DNA of 64,000 nt from the human T2T-CHM13v2.0 reference genome, Homo sapiens: assembly GCF_009914755.1 (NCBI RefSeq), contig NC_060934.1, one strand, 5' to 3'. The notes beneath the pieces are model-generated. The model was given only the letters and a program-made list of their open reading frames with translations, did not search any database and was not told the DNA's origin. A program made the position numbers and the translations under genes. Positions 41,504 through 55,517 of this stretch are shown in pieces (position 1 is the stretch's first letter; each line of letters opens with the position of its first letter).

Positions 41504-41626
41504 CCTTAGGAAGTGTAATCCTCATAGCTCTTAGTTATATGACTACATGTTGGCTGGCCAAGCCCTTAGGAAGTGTAATCCTCATAGCTCTTAGTTATAT
41601 GACTACATGTTGGCTGGCCAAGCCCT
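41504..41626 (+). repeat. Perfect 60-bp tandem duplication (2 copies plus 3 nt)
   Basis: 41504-41563 is identical to 41564-41623. Confidence 0.97.
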
Positions 41627-43130
41627 GTTACCTGGGCTATCTTTTCTGAAGTTACAGTTCCTTGGTCAAAAGGTGGGTCCCTGAAACACACTGGCTCTGC
41701 TGGTAGAAGTCAGAGCAGCAGCACTACTTGCTGGCACAATTAAGGGGTTCTATCAGCATGAGCCAATGCAACTTCATAGGAGCATCACACGCATTACCCA
41801 GGGACGCTTAGCCCTCCTCCTGCAGGCAAGGGAGTTAGAGATGCTGCCTGTTCTGGTAACCCAGAATAGAGGACACCAAGTGTTGCAATAGGGAGTGGGA
41901 GCTTAGCTCTGCTGTACCACACTCCCTCCTTCATGGCCATTGACTTAATGACACATCAACCAGACATCTCTCCTCTGTGAGCCTTTCTTTTTCTCTTCGT
42001 AACATGTGCATAATAACCTGTCTGTTAAGGAGCAAAGAAGTCTCTGTTAGTGCTAGTATCTGTTTCTATTCATAAAGGCAACAAGTGTCTATGATAATAA
42101 TGACAATGATAGTAAAAATAATAATACAAGAAGGAGCTAGAGTTTTTTGAGAGTTTGCTATGTGCTGAAAATTATCCTAAATGCTTCCAATGAATTAACT
42201 CATTTAATACTTCAACAGAAACTCTATGATGTTGGCACGATCATCATGCAATTTGCAGATGATGGATATTTGGTACTGAGATGTTAGCCATTTGCTCAGA
42301 TTTGTTGCTGATGGTCATGTGCCTTGGTCTAATATGCTCATTTAACTCGTTTCCATTCATATTTAATTCTTAGACTCACTGCATATTGGAGCTTAAAGGG
42401 CTCTCGGAGACTGTGCAGACCCTCATTGAACAGAAGAGGCCACTCAGGGACTTGTCTGAGGTCATAGAGTCACTTGCCTCAGAGCTGGGGCGGGAGCAGT
42501 TTACAGACTCCTAGTCTAGTATTCTCTGCCAAGCCCATAAGGCTGGTGACAGCTGGAGAATTCTGATCTGATAGAGAACCTTGACTGAGAATAAGGTGAG
42601 CACAAATATGAAGTGGTAGGAAAATAGCATTCCACGTCGGTCCTGCTGAATGTCAGTTGTGTCTCTACGGCTTACAGAGATATCCACAGCCTCTCAGTAC
42701 TCCACTCTCAAAGCCCAAAGGGTATTGCAGCTGGAATCTCATTTCAAATGAACCTGGGTGGGAAACCAAGGACTTGCATTCAAAACTGCCCAGAATGGTT
42801 GAGCAGCATGACAAAGGCCAAATGGCTTGATAAAGGAGCAAGAGGCTGGGTCCCTGGGAGGTGGGCTATCTGGGAAAAGAATCAGGATTTCTGTTTTAAG
42901 CCTTTCTGTTAACTACCTGTATGGCACTGAGAAGTCATTTAAATTCTCTGATCCTCACCTTCTCAATTTGTAAAATGGGGATAAAAGATCACTTACCTGT
43001 CCCCTTCTTTCAGAAGCATAACTAGCATGTTAGATATATTGTATGGGAGGGTTGTTAGCATTTTTTTATGAATTGTTCTTAATACTGTCCACTAGCTCCC
43101 ATGCCTGGCCAGCAAAATGCTTTAATTTTT

Positions 43131-43464
43131 TTAAAAAAATTTACTTTAAGTTCTGGGATACATGTGCAGAACGTGCAGGTTTGTTACATAGGTATACATG
43201 TGCCATGGTGATTTGCTGTACCTATCAACCCGTCATCTAGGTTTTAAGCCCTGGCTGCATTAGATATTCTTCCTAATGCTCTCCCTCCCCTTTCCCCTGA
43301 CAGGCCCCAGTGTGTGATGTTCCCCTCCCTGTGTTCATGTGTTCTCATTATTTAACTCCCACTATGAGTGAGAACATGCGATGTTTGATTTTCTGTTCCT
43401 GTGTTAGTTTGCTGAGAATGATGGTTTCCAGCTTCATCCATGTCCTTGCAAAGAAAATGAACTC
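43131..43464 (-). mobile_element. L1PA7/8-like 5'-truncated element with 17-18-bp TSD
   Basis: CTGGGATACATGTGCAGAACGTGCAGG; (C)AAAATGCTTTAATTTTT at 43113-43130 and 43464-43481. Confidence 0.92.
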
Positions 43465-45821
43465 AAAATGCTTTAATTTTTAACTGTAGAACACATGACT
43501 CGGTTGTCTTTTTCTCTTTTTTAAGAAAAGTAAATGCCGAATTAGGGGAATTAACATAGGCATGTTGCCTTATGTTAGAATGACCAGGTTAAACCACTTA
43601 ATTTTTTTGTCCAAGGCAAACATGATATAAGGAATATGCACTACCAGAATAACTCCCCCTGGTGGCAGAAACCATGCTCCAAGCCCATCTGAGGCGCTGA
43701 CTGCTTTTTGCCCCTTTTCAATGGGCATTGCCCTGATAGTGTGAATCCCATCAATTCAGCAGATGAGTGGGGAAATGAATATTTTCCCCCAAACCTTTAG
43801 GAAAAAGCAGGTTTTTGTTTGTTTGAGGCTTTTGGGTTTCTTTTTCCTCTTTTGTTTTTCATTTTTAAATCTTGAATGTTATTATTGAAGGCTGCAGGTA
43901 TGGCAGACAATGAGCAGGTGAAGAACCAATGGTAAAGTGTCCCAAAACTGACATGTTAGCTAACAGGCTTCTGAATGAATTGCTGTGGTCCACAGAGAAG
44001 GCTGGAGAAGGTAGCAAGGAGATGCTGTATCAGTTACTACAGCCTTAAAACAAAGTTGGTGTCTCTTTGGACTTTCAAATTGCTCCTATGCAGCTTATTT
44101 TATTTTTGTTTAATCAAATAAGAGAGCCTTTCCATGGCAAAAAATAAAGAACATATCTAGGAAAAATGAGAGTTGTAATTTTGTTTGAAAGAAATGAGCT
44201 ACAGAAACAGAAAGATTGTTACTACTGGGATGGAGCTGGCATCAAGATTGCAGACTGGAAGCCAGGGTCCGGCTGCCTGGCTGTGCCTTTAGTGCTGACC
44301 GCAGTGGCTGCTGGGCCTCCCCTCCTGAGCTGTGAGCTGCCTGCTTTCAGGCTTCCTTGGAGAGGATGCAGCTCCCAGAGGCTTGGATTTTTAAAGAGCC
44401 TCATGTCCTGCCTTATCCAGGAGGCATGCTGCCACTTTCTCTTTCCCCATCTTCTTCCTTGTCTCTTAAAACCAGACTTGCTGACTGCCTGAGAAAGACT
44501 GATTGTTCTGCTCATGGAGAGAAATGGTCCCACTTTTGTTAATTCACAGCCATCTCATTTTTTCCTGCTTCATAAATTAACATAGTTACCAAGCGGCTAG
44601 AGCAGTGTTTTGGAGATGGGTTTAGGGGAAAATGTATGAAAGGAAGAAGTAAAAAAAAAGGAAAAGAACAAAACATGAACCAAACCTCCCTCATTTACTG
44701 ATTCCACGTCCAAATGTTTTTCTTCTTGGTGTATCCAGAAAAAGAACCAGAAAAGACTCCTTGCACCCCAAAAGGGAAAGTATCAGATCCCATTAGGGCT
44801 AAGAAAGCAGAAAGGAGAATCAATGAGGGGGCAGACACCGGTCTAGGAGTTTCCATCTGCCTTCGCAAGTGTGACCCAGCAATGGAATGGCTGCGAATGT
44901 GCTTCCATTCAAACTCATCACTTAAAGGAAAAAGAATCTAGAGTAATTCTTGGAAATTCAGTCTTAAGTCACAAATGTCTCTTTCTCAGCAAATATAGGT
45001 ATATGGTTCTTTGTATAAATTACTGCAGTGTGCTCTGGCCAAGAATTTATTTAAAGGCTCATTAAAATGATTACTAGTTTTTTCTTTTGCATTTTATTTG
45101 AAAATGGGAAGAATATAAACCTATCCTGGCTCTTCTCCAAAGTGCCCTTTAGGGTTTGCATCGAGTATATCGTAATTTTTTTAAAAATAAAGATAATAAT
45201 GATTTGCATTAAGATTATCCAGACATTTTAGAGGAATAATAAAAATTAGTCACTTAGTGTACTTTTTAGGTGCTTATGTTTGCTCAATATCTTTTAAAAT
45301 TTTTATTTCTATTGTTGAAGTTTTTATGTGTCTGTATGTGTGTATATGTGCATCTAGGTGTGTATAAAACATTTTTCACAAAGTATTATGAAAACTTGAG
45401 AGTTAAGAAATATGAAAAAATGTCTGTTTCTCTTCCGTGTGAACTCTGATTTGGGCTGAACCAAGGATTTAGGGAAGCTTGTATTCCTGGATGGCCACAT
45501 ACAATGCTGGTTCCATTTCACTGCCTGGCTCATTTAGCCATCATAGTTGCTCAATAAAGCCTCTGAGAAGGGATTCCATTTGAGGTTAAATGGCAGCCAA
45601 GGACACACAGTAATTGTTTAGGCAGAGCCAGTGATAGGAGCAGGAAAATCAAGGGTGCAACCCAGATGAGAGGTCATTGATCTGTATCTTGAGAGAGTCA
45701 GGCTGGATAAGAGAAAATAACAACACAGTGAACATTGATGGGGGCTTCTAAGCCAGGCCTGAAGGACCAGGGGAGATCATGGGAGTTTTACACTTTGAAA
45801 GCCTTTAAAAAGAAGACAGCA

Positions 45822-46365
<544 letters not shown>

Positions 46366-47309
46366 TTATAGACTCCCAAAAGCCCAGGGATGGAGTTAGG
46401 ACTCAGGGCAGAAGGACCTGGGGAGCCATAGCAGGCTTCTGAGCAGGGGCTTGAAAGCATGAGACCTGTGTCTCAGGAAGGCTGGCGACCAGCCTCTCAG
46501 ACTGATGAGATGCCTGTGTTAAGCATCCCACTCTGTCCTCTCTTCTCACATGCACTGCCCTCACTAGACCTTCTGGGTGTGTTTTCTGAACATCACAAGC
46601 AAGAGCAATTTTAGCAAAGTGCTTGGGAAGGCAGGATGATGTGTTCTTCCTCATGTTCCAATGCACAGCCATATAGCAAATGGATCTCACTGCCCCTGAG
46701 GTAGAGATATCTGTAACAAATACAATCACCACCACTGGTGAAAGAAATGACTCGATTTTTTTTTCTTCAACCAAGCAGAGAGATTGCTACTGGCATGCAT
46801 GCCTCCTCGCCCCCAGTTCGTGCCCCCATTACCAGCCCAAGGTCAGAATGACAGACCTCAGCACTTGGTACACACTCTGCTGGTGAGCGTGTCTGGGCAA
46901 TGAGGGCCAAGTGTCCTGGGATCCTCGGGTCTGCCAGATGGCTCAGGGGTGGGTTTGAAGCCAGCAAGTCTCTGTCCCCACATGTTGGGGTCTGAGCTGG
47001 CAGGGAAGTCTGAGACATTGGCCTCAGTGACAAATGAAGGCCTTGGTCAGTGCTGCAGCCCTATGTCGAGGGCCTCCTGAGAGCAGATGCAGACAGTCAG
47101 CCCTGTCATCCCACAGCATGAATCTAACTCTGAGAAATGGCTTGGGCTGTCTTATGATGACCAAACAGAGGAAACAAATGAATCAGAGAGGACAGAAGTG
47201 TGAGAAATGCATGTGATTATCTCCTTGGCAGGGCAGCCAGAGGTAGGAAAAGTAGTGGTCAGTTTAGAGCTCCTTAATTATTCCTGGTTTCCCCCAGGGC
47301 CCAATGAGG

Positions 47310-47500
47310 TAGTGTGATGTGCAGGAAAGAGCGTGCAGCTCATGCTTCAGTTGCTGTGTGACCTTGAACATATTACTTGACTTCTCTAAGCCTTAGTTGT
47401 TTAATCTGTCAATGGGGCTCACAATAGTATTTTATAAAACAAAACAGCTTTAATAATTAAATAGCATAATGTATATAGAATACCTGGCAGAGAGTAGGTA
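47310..47500 (+). mobile_element. MIR
   Basis: GCTGTGTGACCTTGAAC...ACTTCTCTAAGCCTTAGTT. Confidence 0.7.
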
Positions 47501-47749
47501 TGACTGGCTTTTCACCAGTTAAATGAGCCTCTCTTCGGCTTTCCCCCCTGCTCAGTGACACCTCCCAATTCCTAGGCACTCCATATCAATGTAGCTGGCT
47601 TTTCTATTCTGGGAGAAGGAATCTATACTTCTTTATATCAGCAAATATATAGAAAAAGTTCTTTCAACTTCCAAAATGAAAACAATAACAAACTCCTCCT
47701 GCATCCCTCCTGTTTCATCATTTATTTACCCATCTGCCTGTGTGCTCTG

Positions 47750-48376
47750 TAGCAGGCAGGGCCCAGTGGCCCTGAGCTTCAGGTGCATCCCAACACTGAG
47801 TTGGTCCCAAAGGTTCCAAGCCCTAGACAGCCCTCAGCAACAGGCCAGCCCCATTGTCTCTGGGCTTCAAGCTGGCCCCTGGGGACACAGGCTCTAAGCC
47901 TATCCCAGCAGACTCAATCAACAGGTCCATCAATGTGGATCCAGGCTGCAGGCCTGCCAGCCTAAGGACTCCAACAGCAAGCCCACCCATGGACCATGCT
48001 AACCAGTCTGTCCAGAATCTCTGGATGGCATGACTGCTAAGGGAATTTCCCAGACAAAGCCAGCGTGCAAAAACTGGAATAAGTACCTATTTTTTTCAGT
48101 TACACAGACACCAGAATATAGCCACAAGCATCAAGAACAAACAGGGAAACATGAAATCACCTCATTAAAGGGACAAAATAAAGGACAGTGACTGATCCTA
48201 AAGAAATGGACATGTATGAATTGCCTGACAAAGAATTAAAAATAGCTGCTTTAAGGAAGTTCCATAAATGTCCAGAAAATGGCAGAGAAATAATTCAATG
48301 AAATGAAGAAAACGATAAACGATCAGAATGGGACATTTAACAGAGTGATTGAAATAATAAAAAAATCAACCAGAAA
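47750..48376 (+). mobile_element. L1M 5'UTR/ORF1-start fragment
   Basis: TGACTGATCCTAAAGAAATGGAC...GAATTGCCTGACAAAGAATT...AAATAATTCAATGAAAT. Confidence 0.75.
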
Positions 48377-48959
48377 GAACAGTAATTGCTAACATTGTGC
48401 ATTGTTCTAATAAAAAAAAAGGTATAAGGTAAATACTGTTATTCTTAATTTGAGAGAGGACACATTGCAGCAAAAAGACTAAAGCTTTCCAGTTGGGCAG
48501 TGGCCAAGTCAGGTTTTGAAACCAGATTGTCAACTTTTAAACATATGCTTCATAGTAATAATAAAAATAAAAGAAAAATTAATACTGTGTGTTATTGGTC
48601 TCTCCTGGCTTAGATGGGTACCATGACCCTCTAGAACATCTCTTTATAAATCCATGAAAAGGAATATAGATGTGGAAAGGGATGTGTTTCCTTCTAGTCC
48701 AGCAATGCCATGGCTCCATGCTGAGAAGTTCTGAAAAATATTCCCTGCCGAGAGAAGAAGTCACGGGAGTTGCTGAGTTTTCTGAAACATAGGACAAACA
48801 ATACACCGGGGTTGATGGGGGCAGTAAATAGCCTTTGGAAAATGCCTTAGTGTTCAATAATTCATAAGAGTAAGCATCAGTGCCAAGCACTGGCATTCCC
48901 ACTTGGAAGCCCCCATAGGGCAGGGGCTGGCTGGGTTGCTGAGGGCCTCTTTTCACTTG

Positions 48960-49190
48960 GCCAAGAAGCTACTTTGTTGATATCCTCACTCTACCTCTTA
49001 GCAGCTGGGGGCTTAGGCACATCATTAAATACTTATAAGCTTCTCTTTCCTCGTCTGTGTAATCGGGATGATACTAGTACCCATCTCCTTAGCTGATAGA
49101 AGGATTAAATGAGAAATCTTTGCAAATACTTAGTGAGTGACCAACCCGTGGTACCCTGTAAGTAAATACTATTTATTATTACTCTTGTCA
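48960..49190 (+). mobile_element. MIR
   Basis: TTTCCTCGTCTGTGTAATCGGGATGAT...AGGATTAAATGAGA. Confidence 0.7.
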
Positions 49191-50908
49191 TCATTGTAAT
49201 CTCAGGACAATGGGCCCTTGAAAACAGGGGATAATTCCATGTTTGATCTACCCATTTATGATGGACACTCAGCCTGGGCAATTATTGCTCTTATTCAGGC
49301 ATCTGGTGAGCCTTTGGAGAAATGTGGAGCTGGCAAGTGACTGAAAGTTTGTCTGCTTTAAAGCTCTCATTAAATTGATGAAGAAACTGAGTCTCAGGGG
49401 GGGAGTCCCTTATTCAAAGTTACACAGCCACTTGATGGCAGAACTATGATTTTGGAGATCAGGTGTCTGGCTTCAAGCCCAGTATCTTCCTGTTAGATTA
49501 CACAGAAAGACACTGCACAATACAGGCAGAGCTGGGCAGCTAGGTAGCTACAGAAGACCCTGACATTAGGGCGCTTTGAGATTCTCTTATCTTTGTTCAG
49601 TAAACCTAGGATTTCCAGGGCACTGGCAGCAGAAACGGCCAGGTCAGGCTTTCAAATCGTGTGACTCTGGTGGAGAAACTGCCCAAGGGTATAAATAAGG
49701 TCTTAAATAAGACCTTTAAGGCTAAGTTGTACTCAGAGCAACCAAAGGCAGCAACATCAAAGGAGAGTCTGAGTCAGGGTTGAATAAAGAGAGAAAAAGT
49801 CCAAATTGGAGAATGTCTGTTGATATGCAAAGGCTGAGAAAAGACTCCAAACAGAAATCTCAACCTCTAGAAAGGCTCCAGAAAGACTGGAACCAACTTA
49901 GGTGATAGACTGTAAGACAGGCCTGAGAATAGTGTTCAGGACTGAGACTAGGAGGCTATTGACAGCCTGTTTTTATAGGGCAACTTTTGCTTATGCAGGG
50001 ACAGTAGCAGGAGAGGCACTTGACTGATTAAAGCAGTTAGGCCAGGCCAGACAAGAAGGACAGTCACAAAAGAAGAATAGCATGAAGATAGGATGCAATT
50101 ATCCAAAGTGGTCTTTGGCCTGAACCTCAAGTCTTAAATCATCCCAGGGGAGGCAGTGGCAGCATAGATATGCATGAGAGATTTCCTGACTCCACTCTGG
50201 ACCTTTGGAGAGGAGTGAGCTGATGTCAGAGCAGAAACTTAGTGTGCACGTTAGCTCTGGAAACTCAGCTTGAAATAATGAACTGCTGGCTTCCTGGTCT
50301 CAGCCGCCCTGCCTTGATCCCAAATCACAGAACATCAGCATTCTATAGCTCAAAGGAGATCAGCTTTGCAGACCCAAGCTTGTAAAAAGTTATTTTTCTT
50401 GGAAGATTTTCTTGGCATTAATAGTTTCTACAGAACCCGTCTTGCCTCAGCTGGACCCTAAGCAAATTGTAAATGATTTGGAGCATTCCCTACCACTCTC
50501 TTCTCTGAAGTAGCTATAAAGATTGTTTCTCTTTAGTCTCACGGCTGCTTGCATTTGAATGTATGCATGCTGAGTGTACCCTGAAGTCAGGGCTGGCACA
50601 TGGGCCTGAACTATCAACCCCTGGAAGTGAGGGAGAAAGAAGTGGTGAGGAAGTAGGCTGTACCACAGTTATCCCCTCAAAAAGTGACACAGTTAGAACT
50701 TTCTATATATCTTCAGGAATCACCACTTTGATCTTGCCAATCCTTACTCAGAAACTTTCAGCAGCTTCCAGGTGTCCACAGGAGAACATCTACCTCATTA
50801 GTCTGGTGTTCATGTGGTTCTGTCTACGTTGTGTGATTCTCAGCTTATGTGTTCAGCCTTTTCTTTGTCCTGCTCTATAGTGTTAGTTCTATGCTTTGAA
50901 CAAGTTTC

Positions 50909-51254
50909 ATTTTAACTTTTAATTTTTATTTTTTAGAAATGAGGTCTGTCTTTGTTGTCAAGCCTAGAGTGCAGTAGAGCGATCATAGCTCACTGCAGCC
51001 TTGAATTCCTGGGTTCAAGCAATCCTCCTACCTCAGAGTCAAGAGTAGCTGGGACTACAGGTGCACTTACCACTCCCAGCTATTCTTTTTAATTTTCTTT
51101 TTCTTTTGTTCTTTTCTTTCTTTATTTATTTTTAAAATAGAGACAGGGTCTTGCTTTGTTCCCCAGGCTGGTCTTGAACTCCTGGCTTCAAATAATCCTC
51201 CTGTGTTGGCCTCAAAAAGTGATAGGATTACAGACATGAGCCACTGTGCTGGCC
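50909..51254 (-). mobile_element. AluJ, antisense, with expanded middle A-rich linker
   Basis: J diagnostics GATCATAGCTCACTGCAGCCTTGAA; linker about 50 nt at 51083-51135; degenerate TSD TTG(A/G)ACAAGTTT. Confidence 0.93.
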
Positions 51255-51324
51255 CCCTTGGACAAGTTTTAATTGTTCCATACCTCAGGCTACTTTCCAT
51301 AAAATAGGAATCATAATACTTCCC

Positions 51325-51861
51325 TAGATCAGCAGTGATGCTTTGGCTCTGCAAGATACAGAAAACTCTGCCTGAAATGGAAGCATAGGAAACATATGAG
51401 TTCATGTGATAGAGTCTCAGGGTAGGTAGCTCCAGGTTGTTAATTCTTTGGTTCAGTGACATCTTGGAAGACAAAGTCCTTTCTATCTTGCTGCTCTGCC
51501 TTCTAGAGCATTGGTCTTTGTCCTCTGGCTATTTTTTTTTTTTTTATAATGGATGACAAGATGGTTACAGAGGTTCTGGCATCACACCCAGACAGACAGT
51601 AAAATGTACAGAAGACCAATAGTAGACAACACATTTTCAGATGGAGGGAACTGCTTCCAGAAGCTCAGAGCTCCCAGCAGAGTACCATGTGTGCATCATG
51701 TCAGGACAGGGTAAACCAGGGGAGACAGAGTGGGGCCCAGCCTCCTCTAAGCACAGGCCCACACAGAGAGGGATACTGTAACAAAATACAAGTTCTGTTA
51801 GGAAGGTAGAAAGAGGTGCATTGATGGAAGTTATATAGGCAACCACCAACGCCTGCTGCAC
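51325..51861 (-). mobile_element. MLT1K/L-like MaLR solo LTR
   Basis: CTTTCTATCTTGCTGCTCTGCC, ACAAGATGGTTAC, GGCATCACA. Confidence 0.6.
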
Positions 51862-52039
51862 TGCCTTATAAGGTTCATTTGAGAATCAAGTGACACGAGC
51901 CGTGTAAATCATGTAAATGTTAACATCTCTGCTATTTATTATCATTCCCATCTTTATGCTGGGTCTCCCACTGATGTGTGTCCACTCCACCTATCAAAAT
52001 CTTATTCCTCTTTCAGTGTTCAGCTTAAATCTTCCTTCC

Positions 52040-52368
<329 letters not shown>

Positions 52369-53569
52369 TAACCCCAGATGAAACTTCTGTCCCTAATTCC
52401 CAAAGCGCTATGGCAGCCAATGGATTGATTGCATCAAATAACATAAAGGAACTTGAATAATATTGAATCCCAGACCTCATCTACCATGGAGAATCTGATT
52501 CTACAGGTCTGGGAAAGGTTAAGGCTATGTATGAGACAATAGGTCTAGGCATTAATGATGTATAATCAGGTTTGGAATAATTTTTGAACTTAGTATCTGG
52601 GCTTTATGGACTGCAAAGGTAGCAGATAACTTTTCAAGTTTGGTGTTTAAAGAGCAGGGACAGTATCTTGTATGTTTTTGTGTCCCTGAGTGTTGCTTAA
52701 CACACAGCCTGGGCACATTTGTACAGTGTCAATAATTTTAAAAGTTGTGTATTTACTGAACCTTTTGAGTGAGAGGATTTAAATTTTTTTTTCAGACTCT
52801 TTCTGGATGTGCGCATAAGTGCACTCATTTTATCCATACCTCTTGTATTCTAAGACTTACAACCAAGAAATGTTTACTGGTTTACTCCTTTACCACTTCT
52901 TGCCAAAGAGGTAGACCAGCCTGCCTCCTTATGCTCAGATTCGGTCTTTCTGTCAAGAGTTTCCATCCTCCTTTTGGAATTATAACCAAGTTAAAAGGTC
53001 TGACTGTGATTTCCTTTAAGATTGTAGAGGTGGACGAAGTCAAAATTGACTTAATACTATCTGTGAAAACAGTCAAGGCTGGGAAGGGGCATTTTTTGCA
53101 CTGCTTTCCTTTAGCAGTGGTGATTTTAGCAGTGAGTTATAGTACATGCAGTTGGAGTTGAAGGACACTGAGAGAGATTCTGAGCAGCAGAACATTCAGT
53201 TGGTCCATGAGTGTTTTCTAAATGTCAGTGGGGAATGTTGGCTTGTTTGGGTACTGAGGAGGACTATTAAGCAATAGTAAATAATAGCCCATGACATTCT
53301 TACTGTGTGCCAGAGACAGGGCCAATCATCGTATGATTAATTCTCGGAGCAGTCCTTTGACCCTTGTGAGTTAGGTATTATAATTATCCCCATTTTGCAC
53401 CTGTTCAACTGAGGCTAAGAGGTTAAAAACTTACCTCACTAGGAAGCTGATGACCTAGGTTATGAACTCAGATTTGATTGACTCAGGATTTCAGGCTCTG
53501 ACCCACTGAACTCTATTGAGTTCTAGAAAGCATGTATCACTGCTTTCAGCAGATTTGGAGTCTGTTTCA

Positions 53570-53745
53570 TTAGATCTCAACTCTGGCTGCTCTTTAGGAT
53601 TACCTGGAGGAGCTTTAAAACATACCCATGCTCAGGCCTCAGCCAAGGAGATGTTTAAATACATCTAGGGTGGGGTCCAGGGTTGGCAATTTATAAAGCT
53701 TTTGAGGTAATTCTATTGTACTTCCAGCATCAAGAACCATGGGTC
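53570..53745. mobile_element. MER5 (hAT-Charlie MITE)
   Basis: TCTCAACTCTGGCTGC...ATTACCTGGAGGAGCTTTAAAA...GGTAATTCT...AAGAACCA. Confidence 0.7.
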
Positions 53746-53759
53746 TAGTTGGAGTGAAA

Positions 53760-55190
53760 AAAATTCATTCATCCATCAAATTTTATTTAGTGTCTTTTGT
53801 GTCCCTGGTCTTTGCTTTTCTGGAGTCATTCCCAGGAGAGTGATAAGCATTGCAAGTCACAAGAGGAAAGAGGCACTGATTCTGCCCGGCAGGTCTAGGA
53901 AGCTCAGAAGGAAGCTATATTGAAGCAGAGGCAACACATCAGTAGAGGTTTGCTGAGGACTAATGGTGGGGTGGGTTGGGGAGGGTTTTCTGGGCAGAGG
54001 AAATAGCACATGCTGTAGCATAGAGTTGTGAGAAGGTAAGGTGTGTTCAGGAAGCTGCAAAAGGCTTGGTTTGGGTGGAGTGAAAGCACCTGTGATGTGG
54101 TGGCAGAGGAGGAGGGAAAGTGGTTAGGGACCATGTGAGCAAAGGTGTTGGGCTCAGTACAGGGCTCAGGAGTTGAGATTTTGTTTCTTGAGAGGAGTCA
54201 TTGCATCAGGTCTGTGTCCTAGAAAGTCCCTTGGGAAACAGGGCGAAGGCTGGATTTAAGGGAAAGGTAAGACTGATAGAGTCCAGTATGACATTGCTTT
54301 GCAAAAGCAAAAAATATTTTTTGCCACCTGAAGGCCTAATCATGACAGTTTTACCAGTAAATTAATCTATTATACATTCATATGATGGAACATGATAGAA
54401 TGATTAAAGATTATGTGTATTGATATGGAAAGCTATTCATTATATGTATGTTTAAAAAGACAGGTTATAGAACTGTATATCTGAAATGGAGCAAGAAAAA
54501 AAAATGGCTAACATTGTGTTGTAGGGAAGAGATGACAAGGACCTGGACTCCTATAGTGTAGAAGGAAGGTATGGAGGGGCCAGCTGTGAAAATGCTAGAA
54601 AAGTGGGATCAACCCAAATTAGTGTTTGGATGTTGGGATAAGAAAAGAAAATTTTAAGGTGGGGTTCCGAGGATTTCAACTTGAGTGGCTGGGTAAATGA
54701 ATGAGAGCTGGGGAACTGGGCATATTAACAAAACATAGATGGACTGCAGAGAGACAGGTTGGTGAATGATAATCAGTTCGATTTGGGCATGCTGAGTTTG
54801 ATACTATGGGACATCCAGGGGAAAAGGCTGTTAAGCTGTTGGATTTATGTGTCGGGATGTTAGGAAACAGTCTTGAGCTTAAGAGCACAGATAAGTCTCC
54901 TTGGCAAACAAAGACGAATTTAACAATAAAAGCTGTTTGGGATTCTTGTTGTTGAACATAGGATCAAATGCAAGTAAACCCAGACTGCTATCAATTCAGC
55001 AAACAGTTTTTGAAAACTTTCTCAGTGATCAACATGGTGCCAGGTACAGGGATCACCAAATGAACAGACTTGGTCTCTGTCCAAGGAAACATAATCTATC
55101 AAGTGCTTTGGTAACACAAAGGAGGGACTGATTAATCTACCATGAATGTTTAGAGGAAGATGTGGCAGAGGTCACATTTGACTAGGCTTC
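53760..55190 (-). mobile_element. L2 fragments (interrupted)
   Basis: ATTCATTCATCCATCAAA terminus; TTTGGGCATGCTGAGTTTGA; ATTCAGCAAACAGTTTTTGA. Confidence 0.55.
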
Positions 55191-55194
55191 AAAA

Positions 55195-55517
55195 CAGTGG
55201 TCCCCAACCTTTTTGGTACCAGGGACCAGTTTTGTGAAAGACAATTTTTCCACAGATGGGGGCACAGGGGGTGATTTCAGATGAAACTGTTCTATCTCAG
55301 ATCATCAGGCATTAGTTAGATTCTCATAAGTGTGCAACCTAGATCCCTTGTATGTGCAGTTCACAGGAGGGTTCATGCTCCTATGAGAACCTAATGCCTG
55401 ATGATCTGACAGGAGGCGGAGCTCAGGCAGTAATGTTGGCCTGCCGTCCACTCACCTCCTGCTGTGCAGCCCAGTTCCTAACAGGCCACTGACCAGTATA
55501 GGGGTTGAGGACCCTTG
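55195..55517 (+). mobile_element. MER1B (hAT-Charlie) with perfect 8-bp TSD
   Basis: CAGTGGTCCCCAACC ... GGTTGAGGACCCTTG termini; TSD CTTCAAAA at 55187-55194 and 55518-55525. Confidence 0.93.

Noticed and set aside
49697-49716. 9-bp perfect inverted repeat AAGGTCTTA-AA-TAAGACCTT
   Set aside because: About what chance gives in 64 kb; no supporting context.
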